Origin: an uncultured delta proteobacterium
Lineage (GTDB): Bacteria > Myxococcota > Myxococcia > Myxococcales > Myxococcaceae
NCBI GenBank assembly: GCA_963771175.1
Contig: CAVYSY010000030.1
Coordinates: 230,678 to 294,677 of the forward strand
Direction: 5' to 3'
DNA length: 64,000 nucleotides
In this document: in pieces, positions 12,293 to 23,216 of the stretch
Numbering within the stretch: the first letter of the stretch is position 1
Layout of the letters: each line of letters opens with the position of its first letter
Program-made: the position numbers and the translations under genes
The notes under the pieces: model-generated
The model's database searches: none
Told to the model about the DNA's origin: nothing
The model's input: the letters and a program-made list of their open reading frames with translations, nothing else

Positions 12293-13109
12293 CTAATGCA
12301 TTGGTGGAGTCTGGACGGGAGGCGGGGGCTGCGCGCCTGGGGAGGAGGCGGGCGAGCGGCGGCCGCGGCGGCGCGGGGAGAGCGTGGCGTAGGGCCGGTA
12401 GAAGGACTCCCAGCAGGGTGGCGCGGCGCCCGCGCGGCCGGCTGCGCAGCTCTCCCAGCGGGGCCCGGGTGAAGAAGGACGCCACGAAGAGGTAGGCGAA
12501 CACCAGCACGAGCAGGAAGAGGACCACGCCATCACCACCCCGCCATGCAGGGGGCCGACGTGCGCGCGGTCCACGAACTCCTTGAAGCTCCTGGGGGCGG
12601 TCGGGGTGGCTGTACACCTTGACGAACCAGGAGAGCGTTCAGCACCAGCAGGATGGGGCCGTAGGCGCGGTTGAGGCGGGTGGAGATGGCGGAGAAGAGC
12701 GAGAGTTGAGATCTGCGGCCGCTCCAGCTCAGGGTGACCAGCTCGCGCAGGGCGTCGGGGTCCGCCGGCTCGCGGCGCAGCATGGGAATCCAGTAGCCCG
12801 TCCTCCAGCAGCCGGACGCGCCGCTTCCACAGGTCGTAGTAGCGGTAGCGGCGCGCCTCGATGCGCAGGAAGGACAGCACCATCCAGATGCCCACGATGA
12901 AGATGACGTGGGAGGCTGGTGTGGCGGAGAAGCCGAAGGAGATGACCGCCGCGGTGGTGGTGAGGGACCAGTTGGTGGTGGTGTCCAGGCGTGAGCGCCA
13001 GGTGTCCGAGCGGCTGAGCTCGCCCCGGTACAACTGGGCCATGGCCTGCTTCCGAGATGGCGGGTCCCTCGTACTCGTTCTTGTCCCGCTCGTTACCGTC
13101 GTTGGCCAT
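12293..13109 (-). CDS. DUF2270 membrane protein (frameshifted)
   Basis: LYRGELSRSDTWRSRLDTTTNW...IEARRYRYYDLW. Confidence 0.85.
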
Positions 13110-13181
13110 CCGGTGTTCTCTCCTGGGCAGCACAGGCGGGTGGCCAGCCCGGCCCGCCGTGCGCACCCTCCCGGAGGAACC

Positions 13182-15267
13182 ATGGCCATTCCCTTCCTCC
13201 ACGACACCCCGCCGCCCGTGGATCCGGTGGCCGCGCTGCTCCAACTCCTGGAAGCGGAGGAGGAGCGCGTGGTGCGCCTGTGGTCCAAGCGCATCCACGC
13301 GGAGACGTACGAGGTGGCCATCCCCGGGCGCAGCCTGCGCGCCCCCCTGCGCCGACTCCTGGACGAGCTCGTCCGCCTGCTCAGGGACCGGGGGGCCGAC
13401 GCCTTGCGCCTCTGGCCAGAGGTGGTGCGCTCGCACGGGGCGCGCCGCTACGACCAGCGCTTCGAGGCGGAGGACCTGGCGCGCGAGTTCAAGGCGCTGG
13501 AGGAGGTGCTCCTGCACGTGTACGCCCGGCGCAACGGCGTGCTGGAGCCGGAGGTGGCCGAGCTTCATCGTGGAGCTGGTGGGCGAGGCGCATGCCTCGG
13601 CGCAGGCCTCCTTCGCGCGGGTGCTGAGGACGGAGGAGGTGCGCTTCCGCGAGGCGGCGGTGATGGAGTCGCGTGCTCCACCACGTGGAGGTGGGCATCC
13701 TCCTGGCCGAGATGGACGGCACGGTGTCGTTCGCCACGCCGCCGGTGAGCCGGCTCGTCGGCGTGCCGCTGCGGTCGGTGGTGGGCGGCCGCTCGACCGT
13801 CGGCGCTGACGACGGTGCTCACCCAGGTGAACGCGCCACAACCCGAACGGCGAGCCCTTCAAGGTCGCGGACCTGCCCTTCATGCGAGCGCTGAGGGAGC
13901 GCGGCCCGGTGCGCGGGGTGCTGGTGCGTGGTGGAGCGGCCCGGCGGTGGCGAGGCCATCCTGGAGATGAGCGCCACGCCCCTGTGGGAGGAGGGGGCCG
14001 GGCGAGCTGGCCGGCGTCATCCAGACGTTGACCGACCGGACCGAGGCGGCCAGCAAGACGCAAGGCGCTGGTGAGCGCCCACGACGAGCTGCGGCGGCTG
14101 CAGGGGCGCCTCCTGCAGCGCACGCGCACCCAGGCGCTGGGGCAGCTCGCGGGCGGCGCCGCGCACGCGCTCAACAACTTCCTCAACGTGCTGCGGCTGC
14201 GGATCACGCTGCTGCGGCGCGAGTTCAAGCCCGGAGCACCTGGACGCGCTGGACAAGCACGGTGGGCAACATCGGCGAGCTGGTGGCGCGGCTGCAGGAG
14301 TTCAGCGTGCAGCGCACCGAGGAGCAGCTCACGGACGTGGAGGTGGACGCGATGGTGCGCGAGGCGCTGGAGCTGGCGCGCGGCGGAGCTGGAGCAGCGC
14401 GAGCACCCGGTGGACGCTGGAGTCGCGGCTCGGCAGCCCGGGCGCGACGGTGCGCGTGGACGCGGGCTTCTTCCGCGAGCTGGTGGTGAACCTGCTGCTT
14501 GCCGCGCAGGACCGCATGGCGACGAGGGCGGGCGGGTGCGAGCTCGAGCACGCGGGCGGAGGCGGACGGCTGGCTGACGCTGCGCATCGAGGACTCCGCG
14601 GCCGCCCTACTCGGAGGAGGACCTGGCGCAGCTCTTCGACCCGCTCAACCGCGCGGCGAGGGCGCCGCAGCTCTCGCTGCTGCTGGCGGTGGCGCGCAAC
14701 CAGGTGCAGCGCTGGGGCGGCGAGCTGACGGTGGAGAACATGCCCGAGGGCGCATGGGCGACGGCCTTCGTGGTGCGGCTGCCGCTGCGCGCGCGCGGTG
14801 GAGGAGAAGGCCGGGGCGGGCGGAGACCGGCCCGCGGTGCGCGCCCGCGCCCGCGGCGCTTCCAGCAGACGCGCCGGGTGCTGGTGGTGGACGACGACCT
14901 GGACAACGCCCGGATGATGGCGGAGGTGCTCGGCGAGGAGGGCTACGACGTGAAGGTGGCCTGCAGCGGGGATGTGGCGCTGAAGCTGTGGGAGGAGCGC
15001 CGCTACGACGCCGCCCTGCTGGACGCGCTGATGCCGGACATGTCGGGGTGGGAGGTGGCGCGCGAGCTGCGCAAGCGCTCGCCCCAGGCGCTGCTGGCCA
15101 TCGTCACCGGCATGGACGTGCGCGGGCAGAACCGCGCCAACCTCGCGCTGGTGGACGCCGTGTTCCGCAAGCCCATCGACGTGGGCGCGCTGGACGACTT
15201 CCTCGGCCAGTCGGAGTCGCCCTCGGCTGGCGGCGCGGCCGGGGCGGGGTCTCCTCCTCCGGCGTGA
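13182..15267 (+). CDS. Hybrid sensor histidine kinase/response regulator (RsbRD_N-like, PAS, HisKA, receiver; heavily frameshifted)
   Basis: HGARRYDQRF, H-box AHALNNFL, receiver VLVVDDD...LLDALMPDMSG...RKP. Confidence 0.8.
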
Positions 15268-15277
15268 GGCCCGGGGC

Positions 15278-16240
15278 TCACGGTGACGCGGCGGGCTGCT
15301 CGGGCAGGGTGGCGCCCGTGGCCTCGACGGGGCGGCCGGGGGTGATGAGCGGCCGCTCCAGCCGGGCCCGGTCCCACTTCGCGAGGTCCGCGCCCGCGTC
15401 GTAGGTGCTCTGGAAGAAGTCGAGCAGGAGCGCCCTCGGGTCGCTGGCCTTCCGGACGTCGTCGTACTTCAGCAGGTATTCCTTGAAGCCCGAGTCGTAC
15501 CAGGCGGCGCGCGGGCGGATGTCCGCGGTGGAGAAGCCCGGCGGCTCCGGGGCGGCGTAGCAGTAGAAGGCCGGTCCTCCCAGTTGCTCGGTGCCGGGCC
15601 AGAAGCCGGCGCTGATGACCTCCTCGCAGTAGGCCTCGCGGGTGATCGGCGTCCGCTCCGGGGCGCTCGGGCGCGGGGCGGCCCGAGAAGCGGGTCACCG
15701 CCAGGTCGAAGCTGCCCCAGAAGAAGTGCACCGGGCTGCACTTGCCGGTGAAGCGGGCGCGGAACTCCTTGAGGAGGGTGTCCGCCTGCACCAGCGCGAG
15801 CCACCAGCGGTGCGCGTACTCCGGGTCGTACGAGGCGTGGTGCCGGTCCTCGCTGAAGCGCGTGACGTCGTCTGGAATCTCCTGCGGGCACGTCGCTGAT
15901 GGTCACCTCGACGCCCAGCGAGCGCAGCGTGGCCATGACGTCCCGGTAGAACTCGGCCACCGGGCGGGCCTCCAGCGCGAGCACCCGCTGCTCGCCCGTG
16001 CTCGTGCGGAAGAGCAGCTCGTGGTCGATGAAGTCGAAGTCCACCTCGAAGACGCCGCCGCGCGAAGGGGATGGGCGAGGTGGTGAGCCCGCGCGCCGTC
16101 ACGTACAGCGCCACCTGCCACCAGTGGTTCATCCTCGGGGCCAGCGCGAGTCGCACCTTGCCGATGACTTGCGTGTAGCGGTGGAGCGTGGCGAGCGTGT
16201 CCTTCCACGCCCGCAGTGGCAGTTCCGGCCATGCGTCCAT
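15278..16240 (-). CDS. DUF5996 family protein (frameshifted)
   Basis: WPELPL..WKDT, NHWWQVALYVTARGLTT, FTGKCSPVHFFWGSFDLAVTRFSGR. Confidence 0.85.
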
Positions 16241-16505
16241 GGTCTCTCCCCTCGATGGAGCGGTGTCCGGTCCTCAATGTTGGCTCCGACCGGAGAAGGA
16301 GCCATCGTCACGAAGGAAGTCGGACGCCGGAGGAGCGGGAGGAGGGGGGCCCCGCTGCCGCGTCGCCGACGCGACACTGGGAATGGATTTCTCCAGGCTC
16401 GAGGACAGACCGCGGTGTGCCGGGCGCCCCCCTCGACTGACGGCGAGGGGCGGAGCGGGTACAGTGCTCCGTGCGGGCCGTGTCACGACGCGCTGCGGGG
16501 GACTC

Positions 16506-17132
16506 ATGCACATGGACGCAGGGCGGGCGGAGTGGCCGATGGCCTCGCCCGGGTCGGACGAGGACCTGGAACTGCGGCTGGCGATGGCTTCTCCGTCGGA
16601 CACGGCGCGCGGCATGTTCCTCCGGGCCACGCTGGAGGCGGTGCGCACCCTGGGGGACGAGGGGCTGGTCCAGCGCTGCCTGGCCGCGGGCGGGGAGGAG
16701 AAGCTGGTGGACTTCTTCATCTACCCCGTCGCCATGAACCTCCGGATGGTCTTCACCGCCGCGCGCATGCTGGAGCCGCGGTGCGGGAGCCTCGACGGGG
16801 CGCTCCGGCTGCTCGGGCGCGGGGCGGGGGAGTGCTTCCTGGCCTCCACGGCGGGGCTGGCGCTCCAGTTCCTCGCCCGGGGAGACACGAAGCGGTTGGT
16901 GGGCAACCTGCCCTCGGCCTATCGGGCCTCGGTGAGCTTCGGGGTGCGCTCGGTGGTGTGGACGGGGCGCACGCGCGGCCGCTTCACCATGCGGCGCGAG
17001 TTCATGCCCTCCCCCTTCCAGGAGGGCATGCTGCTGGGGGTGCTGGAGAAGGCCCACGCGAAGGGCGCCCGGGTGTGCGGGCATCAGCTCTCGACGCTGG
17101 AGAGCGACTACGACATCTCCTGGGAGCTGTGA
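16506..17132 (+). CDS. DUF2378 / TIGR02265 protein
   Basis: DTARGMF, FFIYP, FMPSPFQEG, C-terminal DYDISWEL. Confidence 0.85.
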   Translation: MHMDAGRAEWPMASPGSDEDLELRLAMASPSDTARGMFLRATLEAVRTLGDEGLVQRCLAAGGEEKLVDFFIYPVAMNLRMVFTAARMLEPRCGSLDGALRLLGRGAGECFLASTAGLALQFLARGDTKRLVGNLPSAYRASVSFGVRSVVWTGRTRGRFTMRREFMPSPFQEGMLLGVLEKAHAKGARVCGHQLSTLESDYDISWEL

Positions 17133-17217
17133 GCGCCTCCGCCTCGACGGGCCAGGCCTGCGTCCGCTCTGCGCTGGCGCTGTTTGAATCCCGTCCCACG
17201 GAAATCTTGAATAGTGT

Positions 17218-17258
17218 TGATAGCGTTTCATCGCTGAAAGCGTTTACAAACGCTGACA
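17218..17258. promoter_or_regulatory. Cluster of LacI/cre-like operator sites in AT-rich intergenic region
   Basis: TGAAAGCGTTTACA (17235-17248) fits TGWAANCGNTNWCA; flanked by TGATAGCGTTTCA and TACAAACGCTGACA. Confidence 0.5.
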
Positions 17259-17497
17259 TCAGCGTGTGCTCCCGGTGCAATCCAACAATGGCGGTGGATG
17301 GACGCCGAGAGCACGGGTAGCCCGTGGGGCTGACAGGCGTCCCTGAAACAATTAGGATAGTCATTGCTCAGCCGGGCTGATTCCTGCCAGCGGGGTGACT
17401 CGGGCCCGTGAGTATTGGCGGACCCTTGGGTGGGTAAAGCCAGACACCTGGCAGCGGGAAATCGACGCGAAGAGCTCGGCACAAGGGGGTCAGGGGA

Positions 17498-18133
17498 ATG
17501 AGCAGCGCAGCCACCGCATGGAATGTCGCACCGCAAGCCTGGAGCATGGTTCCCCAGGGCGGGAAGCAGGAGTGGGGGCAGCGCATGGCGCTGGCCACCT
17601 CGGAGGACATCGTTCGCGGGCTCTTCTCCCAGAGCGTCCTGAAGTCCATCCGGGCCCTCGGGGACGAGGCCCTGGCGAGGCGCTGCTCCACCGAGTGCGG
17701 GCAGGATCGCTTCGTTGAATATTTCAGCTACCCCATCCGATTACACCTGCAGATGATTTCCGCCGCGATGCCGGTGCTGGCGGCGCGTCATGGGGATGCC
17801 GAGCAGGCCCTGTGGCTGCTGGGGCACTGCGTGGCGATGGACTTCCTGGACTCGGAGGCGGGCAGGACCATGCAGGTGCTGGTGCGGGGGGAGCCGAAGC
17901 GGCTGGTGAACAACCTGCCGTCGACCTACCAGGTGGCGGTGCCCGGGGAGCGCTCGGTGAAGTGGCTGGGGCCGCAGTCCTGCCGCTTCATCATGAGGCG
18001 CGACTTCATGCCCGCGTCGTTCCACGAGGGTATGCTGGTGGCGATGCTGGAGCGGTTGAATGCCAGCAAGGTGAAGGTGGTCGGTCGTCAGACGGGCCTG
18101 CTCGACAGCGAGTACGACATCTCCTGGCAGTGA
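17498..18133 (+). CDS. DUF2378 / TIGR02265 protein
   Basis: DIVRGLF, YFSYP, FMPASFHEG, C-terminal EYDISWQ; paralog of the preceding gene. Confidence 0.85.
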   Translation: MSSAATAWNVAPQAWSMVPQGGKQEWGQRMALATSEDIVRGLFSQSVLKSIRALGDEALARRCSTECGQDRFVEYFSYPIRLHLQMISAAMPVLAARHGDAEQALWLLGHCVAMDFLDSEAGRTMQVLVRGEPKRLVNNLPSTYQVAVPGERSVKWLGPQSCRFIMRRDFMPASFHEGMLVAMLERLNASKVKVVGRQTGLLDSEYDISWQ

Positions 18134-18169
18134 GTCGCGGGGGGCGGCGGGCGGCTACACTCCGCCTCC

Positions 18170-19417
18170 GTGGACCCCACTTCCCTGGAGCACCTCCGCC
18201 GCAAGGTGGAGGCTGGAGAGACACTGAGTGAGCCGGAGCTGGACGCGCTCCGCTCCGCGGCGCGAGAGACGCCGGGGCCCATGCCGCGGCTCGCCGTGGC
18301 GCATGCGCTGGTGAACGCGGGCGCGGAGCGCGAGGCCCTGCCCCTGCTGGAGTCGCTCCGGCGCGACTTCCCAAAGGACGTGCAGGTGCGGCTGGGACTG
18401 GCGCGGGCGCTGCTCGGGCTGGAGCGGATGGGGGATGGGGAGGCCGTGCTGCGCGAGGCCCTCGTCCTCAACCCGGGAGACCCCGAGGCCCTCAAGGTGC
18501 TCGCGGTGCTGGCCCTGCGGCGAGGCGAGCACGGCCGGGCCCGGGCGTATGTGGCGGAGGCGCTGGAGAGGGACCCGTTCGACCCGGAGGCGCGGCTGCT
18601 CAAGGAGGAGCTGGAGGCCGCGGACGTGCCACCTCCGCCCTCGCCCCGTGCCCAGGCGCTGCGCCCCGAGTTCACCGCCGCGCTGCTGGCCGCGCTCCAC
18701 CGCGCCGGGGTGGCGTGCCGGCGGCAGGGGGGTGCATTGCTGGTGAAGCTCGCCTCGGGCGAGGTGGGGCGGGTGGACGTGGCCTCGCTCTATGCCGACT
18801 ACCAGGACGGCGCGAGGGACCTGGCCGCGTACGTGGAGGGGCTGGTGGCGCAGCTCCGGGGGCTGTCCGGGAGCGCCGGGGATGCGCGCGCCCTGGAGTC
18901 CCGGCTGCGACCGGTGCTGAGGCCCGCCGGCTTCGAGTCCCAGGCGGTGGGCGCGCTCCACCGGCCGGGGCCCGCGGGGCTCGAGGTCTTCTACGTGCTG
19001 GAGGACGCGGAGCTGCTGCGCTACCTGCCCACGGCGGCGCTCGGGCCCGGGGGGCTCTCCGCCGAGGCGGTGGACGCGGTGGCCTGGCGCAACCTCGAGG
19101 CGCACCCCGCGTCGGTGAGGCCGGTGGTGGTCGACGAGGGACAGGTGGTGCTCGCGGAGAGCTTCAGCGGGCTGTGGGCCGTGGCCGGAGGGGATGGGTA
19201 CGACGCCGCCCGGCTCCTCACGGCGGAGCAGCGCGAGCGGCTCGTGCTGCACGCGGGAGAGGTGCCCCTGCGCGTCCACCTGGGCTGGCGGGAGTTCGCG
19301 CTGGTGTGCCGCGAGTCGGACGGGCCCGCCTGTGAGTCACTGGCCCGCCTGGGCAGTGCCCCGGACGGGATTGCCGGCCTCTTCCGGCTCGGGGCCGGCG
19401 GGCTCGAGCGGCTCTGA
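18170..19417 (+). CDS. TPR-containing protein with uncharacterised C-terminal domain
   Basis: TPR-like helices (LGLARALL, ALVLNPGDPEA, ALERDPFDPEA); intact 415-aa ORF. Confidence 0.7.
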   Translation: MDPTSLEHLRRKVEAGETLSEPELDALRSAARETPGPMPRLAVAHALVNAGAEREALPLLESLRRDFPKDVQVRLGLARALLGLERMGDGEAVLREALVLNPGDPEALKVLAVLALRRGEHGRARAYVAEALERDPFDPEARLLKEELEAADVPPPPSPRAQALRPEFTAALLAALHRAGVACRRQGGALLVKLASGEVGRVDVASLYADYQDGARDLAAYVEGLVAQLRGLSGSAGDARALESRLRPVLRPAGFESQAVGALHRPGPAGLEVFYVLEDAELLRYLPTAALGPGGLSAEAVDAVAWRNLEAHPASVRPVVVDEGQVVLAESFSGLWAVAGGDGYDAARLLTAEQRERLVLHAGEVPLRVHLGWREFALVCRESDGPACESLARLGSAPDGIAGLFRLGAGGLERL

Positions 19418-19418
19418 A

Positions 19419-20039
19419 TCACCCGGCGGTGGCCGGAGGCGGCAGCACGTCCACCACGTTCACCTCGCGGAAGCCCACCGAGAGGAACAGCACGCGCAGG
19501 GTGTTCTCCGCCGAGCGCCGCGCCCGCTCCTTCAGGCGGGCATCGCCCTTCACCTCGCGCTCGAAGGCCTCGCGGGCCTTCTCCAGCAGCAGCGTCGTCT
19601 GCGCGCTGTCCAGGTTGGAGCCGATGACCTCGGTCTCCCCCGGCTTGAGCTCCACCTTCACCTCCAGCGGTGGGAGGGCCACGTCCACGCGCGTGCCCTG
19701 GACGCGCAGCGAGGAGCCGTCGAGCCGGCCGAAGTCATACCCGAGGTGCACGTCCGCGAAGACGATGGCCCGGCCGCGCGGCGTATTGATGGAGTAGGCC
19801 GCCCAGTTGATGACGTCCTTCCAGAGCGAGTTCGTCGCCTGGGGCTCGGGGGAGAACTCGACCTTCTTGTAGAGGGACACGTCGAGCGTCTCCAGCCGGG
19901 CCACCTCGCGCACGCGGGTGACGAGCGCCGGCGTATCGGGCAGGGCAGGGGGCTTGGGCCGGAGCAACAGGAATGCCCCCACGGCCCCGGCGGCCAGGGC
20001 GATGAGGAGGAACAACACCCGCAGGAGGAGGCGCACCAT
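19419..20039 (-). CDS. DUF4230 domain protein
   Basis: N-terminal TM, VREVARLET, VHLGYDF, ARRSAENTLRVLF..GF. Confidence 0.75.
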   Translation of the reverse strand: MVRLLLRVLFLLIALAAGAVGAFLLLRPKPPALPDTPALVTRVREVARLETLDVSLYKKVEFSPEPQATNSLWKDVINWAAYSINTPRGRAIVFADVHLGYDFGRLDGSSLRVQGTRVDVALPPLEVKVELKPGETEVIGSNLDSAQTTLLLEKAREAFEREVKGDARLKERARRSAENTLRVLFLSVGFREVNVVDVLPPPATAG

Positions 20040-20081
20040 GGGCCGCCATTCTAGTCGTTGTGGGGTAGGGTTCGCCGCGCC

Positions 20082-20693
20082 ATGGCCTTCACGTCCCTTG
20101 CGGATGAAGAAATCCAGTCACTCGGTGAGCGGGGGTGGTTCACCCGTGAGTCCTTCCTCGGGGAGGCGGATGCTCGGGCCGTCCACGCCGAGGCGAAGGC
20201 GCGTGTCGAGGCGGGCCTGCTGCGTCCCGCGGGCATCCGCCGCGGCGCGGACCACACGCTGGACCGGGACACGCGCGGCGACTTCATCACCTGGGTGACC
20301 CCGGAGGAGCAGGGCTCGGCGATCGCCCGGCTGCGGGATGCCTTCGCCGCGCTCGGGGAGACGCTGTCGGCCGAGGCGTACCTGGGGCTCGGGCGCTTCG
20401 ACCTGCAGCTCGGCTGGTATCCGGGTGAGGGGGCTCGGTACGCGCGCCATTTCGATGCCTTCCCCGGCCAGTCCAACCGGCGCGTCACCGCCATCTACTA
20501 CCTCAACCCGGACTGGGTGCCCGCCCACGGGGGCCTGCTGCGCATCTACCCCGAAGGTGGACCCGTGGACATGGAGCCCACACTGGACCGGCTGGTGGTG
20601 TTCCTCAGCGAGCGCATCGAGCACGAGGTGCTGCCCGCGCACGGCCCCCGGCTCGCGCTCACCGCGTGGTTCTACGGGCGCGGCACGGGGTGA
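20082..20693 (+). CDS. 2OG-Fe(II) oxygenase (prolyl-hydroxylase/EGL-9-like)
   Basis: RGDFITW, YARHFD, RVTAIYYLN, HEVLP..RLALTAW (HxD...H...R). Confidence 0.85.
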   Translation: MAFTSLADEEIQSLGERGWFTRESFLGEADARAVHAEAKARVEAGLLRPAGIRRGADHTLDRDTRGDFITWVTPEEQGSAIARLRDAFAALGETLSAEAYLGLGRFDLQLGWYPGEGARYARHFDAFPGQSNRRVTAIYYLNPDWVPAHGGLLRIYPEGGPVDMEPTLDRLVVFLSERIEHEVLPAHGPRLALTAWFYGRGTG

Positions 20694-20801
20694 GCGGGGC
20701 TCAGCCCTGGGCGAGGGTGACGAGGACGCGGGTGCGAGACGGGTCCCGGCACGGGGCCCCCCAGGCAGCGTGGTGTTGAGGCGTAAGCTGCTGGACCACC
20801 T

Positions 20802-22157
20802 ATGTCACCCAATCCTCGTGCCGTGACCCTGACTCTCACCGCGGTGCTGCTGGGCCTGCTCTTCATCCACGCCCAACCCACGCCGCTGCGCTCGGATGCC
20901 ATCAATCTCGTCCTCGGAGACGAGGCGCTTCATGCCGCCTACGGCCATCATCCGCCCGCGGACTCGAGTGAGGACGACCTCATCCGCACCCACCTCGAAT
21001 ACGTGCTCGCGCTCCTGCGACGGCGCCCCATGGACGAGGTGGAGCCGCGGTTGAGGGCCGCGCGGCTGCGGCAACTCGAGCGGCTGGAGCGCTACATCCG
21101 CGGGGGCGTGTATCCGCGAAACGATGACCACCCGGATCCGCGACGGCCGACGTTCATCGACTCGCGCGGCCGCATCTGCGCGGTCGGCTTCCTGCTTGAG
21201 CAGGACCTCGGTCGCGCGGCGGCCGAGGCGATCGCCGCGACCGACAAGTACAGCTTCATCCGTGAGATTGATTCACCGCTGCTGCTCCAGTGGGCCTCGG
21301 CCTCCGGTCTGTCCATGGAGGAGATCGAGATGATCCAGCCGTCGTACACGTACGCCATGCCCGGATCGATCTCGACCTTCGTGTCGCTGGACCGCTTCGA
21401 GGCCCAGCCTCGCGCGGTGCTCTCGGTGGCCGTCCCGCCGCGGAGCGAGGAGGGGCTCTCCCTTCGTGGCGACCTGTTCGTCCAGGGTCTCCTCGAGGAC
21501 CCGGTCCATTATTCTCTCCAGGTCGCTCCCTACGTACAGGGCATGATCGATCTGCAGGCGGCGAGCACGGGGGCGCACCTCCACCCGGGAAATGTCGAGA
21601 TCGGAGCGGTGAGCCTCTTCTCCGGCTGGCTGCAGAGTTCCTCGCTTCAGGTGCGGACGGGTGTCTTCTTCCCCATCCCGCCCAACGACGGCGGAGGCCG
21701 AAGCTTCGTCTCCCAGCGCCTGGGAGATGCCGTGCTCGGCATGCCCGGCGCTTACGGCGGGCGGCTGAGTCTCTCCCTTCGGCGGGAAACCCCCAACAGC
21801 CAGTGGCGCGAGGAGAGCTCGAGCGCCATCTTCTGGCGAGTGGATTTCGGTCTGGACCTCTACCGCGGGAGCGCGGGAGGTTTCGAGCTCGCCTCCCGAG
21901 CGGGCTTCGGACTGGGGTTGCGCCTCCCGTACATGGCCTTCACCGCGGAGGCGACGACCGCTCGCAGTGCGACGGCCGTCACCGAGGACGTGGCGCGGCG
22001 GTTCGCGTTCGCCACCTCGGCCCGCTTCATTCCTCCCGAGGGGCTTGGGCCTCTCACACACCTGCGTCCGGCGATCGCGCTGACAACGCCCCTTGGCAGA
22101 CAGAGCGGGCCGGTGAGCCTCGGCATCGACCTGCTGCTGCTGGAGAGTCCTCTCTGA
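20802..22157 (+). CDS. Exported hypothetical protein: helical N-domain plus probable outer-membrane beta-barrel
   Basis: Signal peptide; IRTHLEYV...YPRN...PTFIDSRGRICAVG; C-terminal alternating beta-strands. Confidence 0.55.
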   Translation: MSPNPRAVTLTLTAVLLGLLFIHAQPTPLRSDAINLVLGDEALHAAYGHHPPADSSEDDLIRTHLEYVLALLRRRPMDEVEPRLRAARLRQLERLERYIRGGVYPRNDDHPDPRRPTFIDSRGRICAVGFLLEQDLGRAAAEAIAATDKYSFIREIDSPLLLQWASASGLSMEEIEMIQPSYTYAMPGSISTFVSLDRFEAQPRAVLSVAVPPRSEEGLSLRGDLFVQGLLEDPVHYSLQVAPYVQGMIDLQAASTGAHLHPGNVEIGAVSLFSGWLQSSSLQVRTGVFFPIPPNDGGGRSFVSQRLGDAVLGMPGAYGGRLSLSLRRETPNSQWREESSSAIFWRVDFGLDLYRGSAGGFELASRAGFGLGLRLPYMAFTAEATTARSATAVTEDVARRFAFATSARFIPPEGLGPLTHLRPAIALTTPLGRQSGPVSLGIDLLLLESPL

Positions 22158-22379
22158 ACCCATGCAGAGCGGGAAGGTGGGGCTCCCCCAATCAGGTAAG
22201 TTCACGTGGGAGCAGCAGTTGCTCGTCACGCCTTCCGCGAAATGAAGGCGCGGCGGTGGCGACAACGCCTCGAGCAGACGCGAGTTTCGGCGGGCCCTGA
22301 ACCCAGGAGGTGTCCCGAGGGCTTTGCGCTGACGTGGTTCCTGGCGGTAACTTCGATCAGCCCTCGAGAGGAATCACGT

Positions 22380-23216
22380 ATGGCCCTGAAGAAGTGGCTT
22401 GGTTTCGTTCTGGCCTCCTTGTCCTTGCAGCCCGCGTTCGCGAAGGATGGGCCGCCGAAGGAAAGGCCGTCTCAACTGCCGCTGCTGGTCATTGGCGCGT
22501 CATATTCCGAGGGTAAGACGCCCTTCGACAGCGGCGTGGCGCCGCTGGGCGGCGTGGCGGTCGGATTTGGCAGCTACTTGAGCCTGGGCCAGACGCTGAC
22601 TCGCGACAAGCTGCTGCCGGGGTTCGTGATCAACGAAGCTCAGGCCGGGGCCACCACCTTCGCCCGGCCCGCCTGCGCTCCGGGTTCAGCCACGTGTGGG
22701 CCGGCTGGCTGGGAGAGCTACCAGACCCAGCTACAGAAGGCGTTGTCGCGTGTGGCGCTGCCGCCGACCTTCACCCGGTACAACGCGAAGTACGTGGTCA
22801 TCACGACGCCCAACGACTGCCTGCATGCCGACGCCTTCGGCATCCCGCAGTCGCAGTCGCAGCCTTGTTCGTATGAGCAGATGAACGAGATGGTCGACAG
22901 GCTGATCGCAGTGGGCAACCAGGCGCTTTCACAGGGCCTCACGCCGGTCTACGACATGCACCCGCCCTATGACCGGCTGGAGCTGAACCTGTTCAAGAGT
23001 CTGTTCGGCCTGGCCTGGGTGATCAGCCAGAACGACTACGACACCCTCAGGACCGTCACCCGCGGCCGCATCGCGGCGGAGCTGCCCAATGCCATCGTGC
23101 TCGACATCTGGAAGGACCTCGTGCACATCGGCGACGGCATACATCCGAATGACGAGTCGACGCGCAAGGCGGCGCACATCATTGCCAATGAGCTGGTGAG
23201 GCGGGACGGTACGTAG
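22380..23216 (+). CDS. Secreted SGNH/GDSL hydrolase
   Basis: Signal peptide, IGASYS (block I), AQAGATT, NDC, GDGIHP. Confidence 0.8.
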   Translation: MALKKWLGFVLASLSLQPAFAKDGPPKERPSQLPLLVIGASYSEGKTPFDSGVAPLGGVAVGFGSYLSLGQTLTRDKLLPGFVINEAQAGATTFARPACAPGSATCGPAGWESYQTQLQKALSRVALPPTFTRYNAKYVVITTPNDCLHADAFGIPQSQSQPCSYEQMNEMVDRLIAVGNQALSQGLTPVYDMHPPYDRLELNLFKSLFGLAWVISQNDYDTLRTVTRGRIAAELPNAIVLDIWKDLVHIGDGIHPNDESTRKAAHIIANELVRRDGT

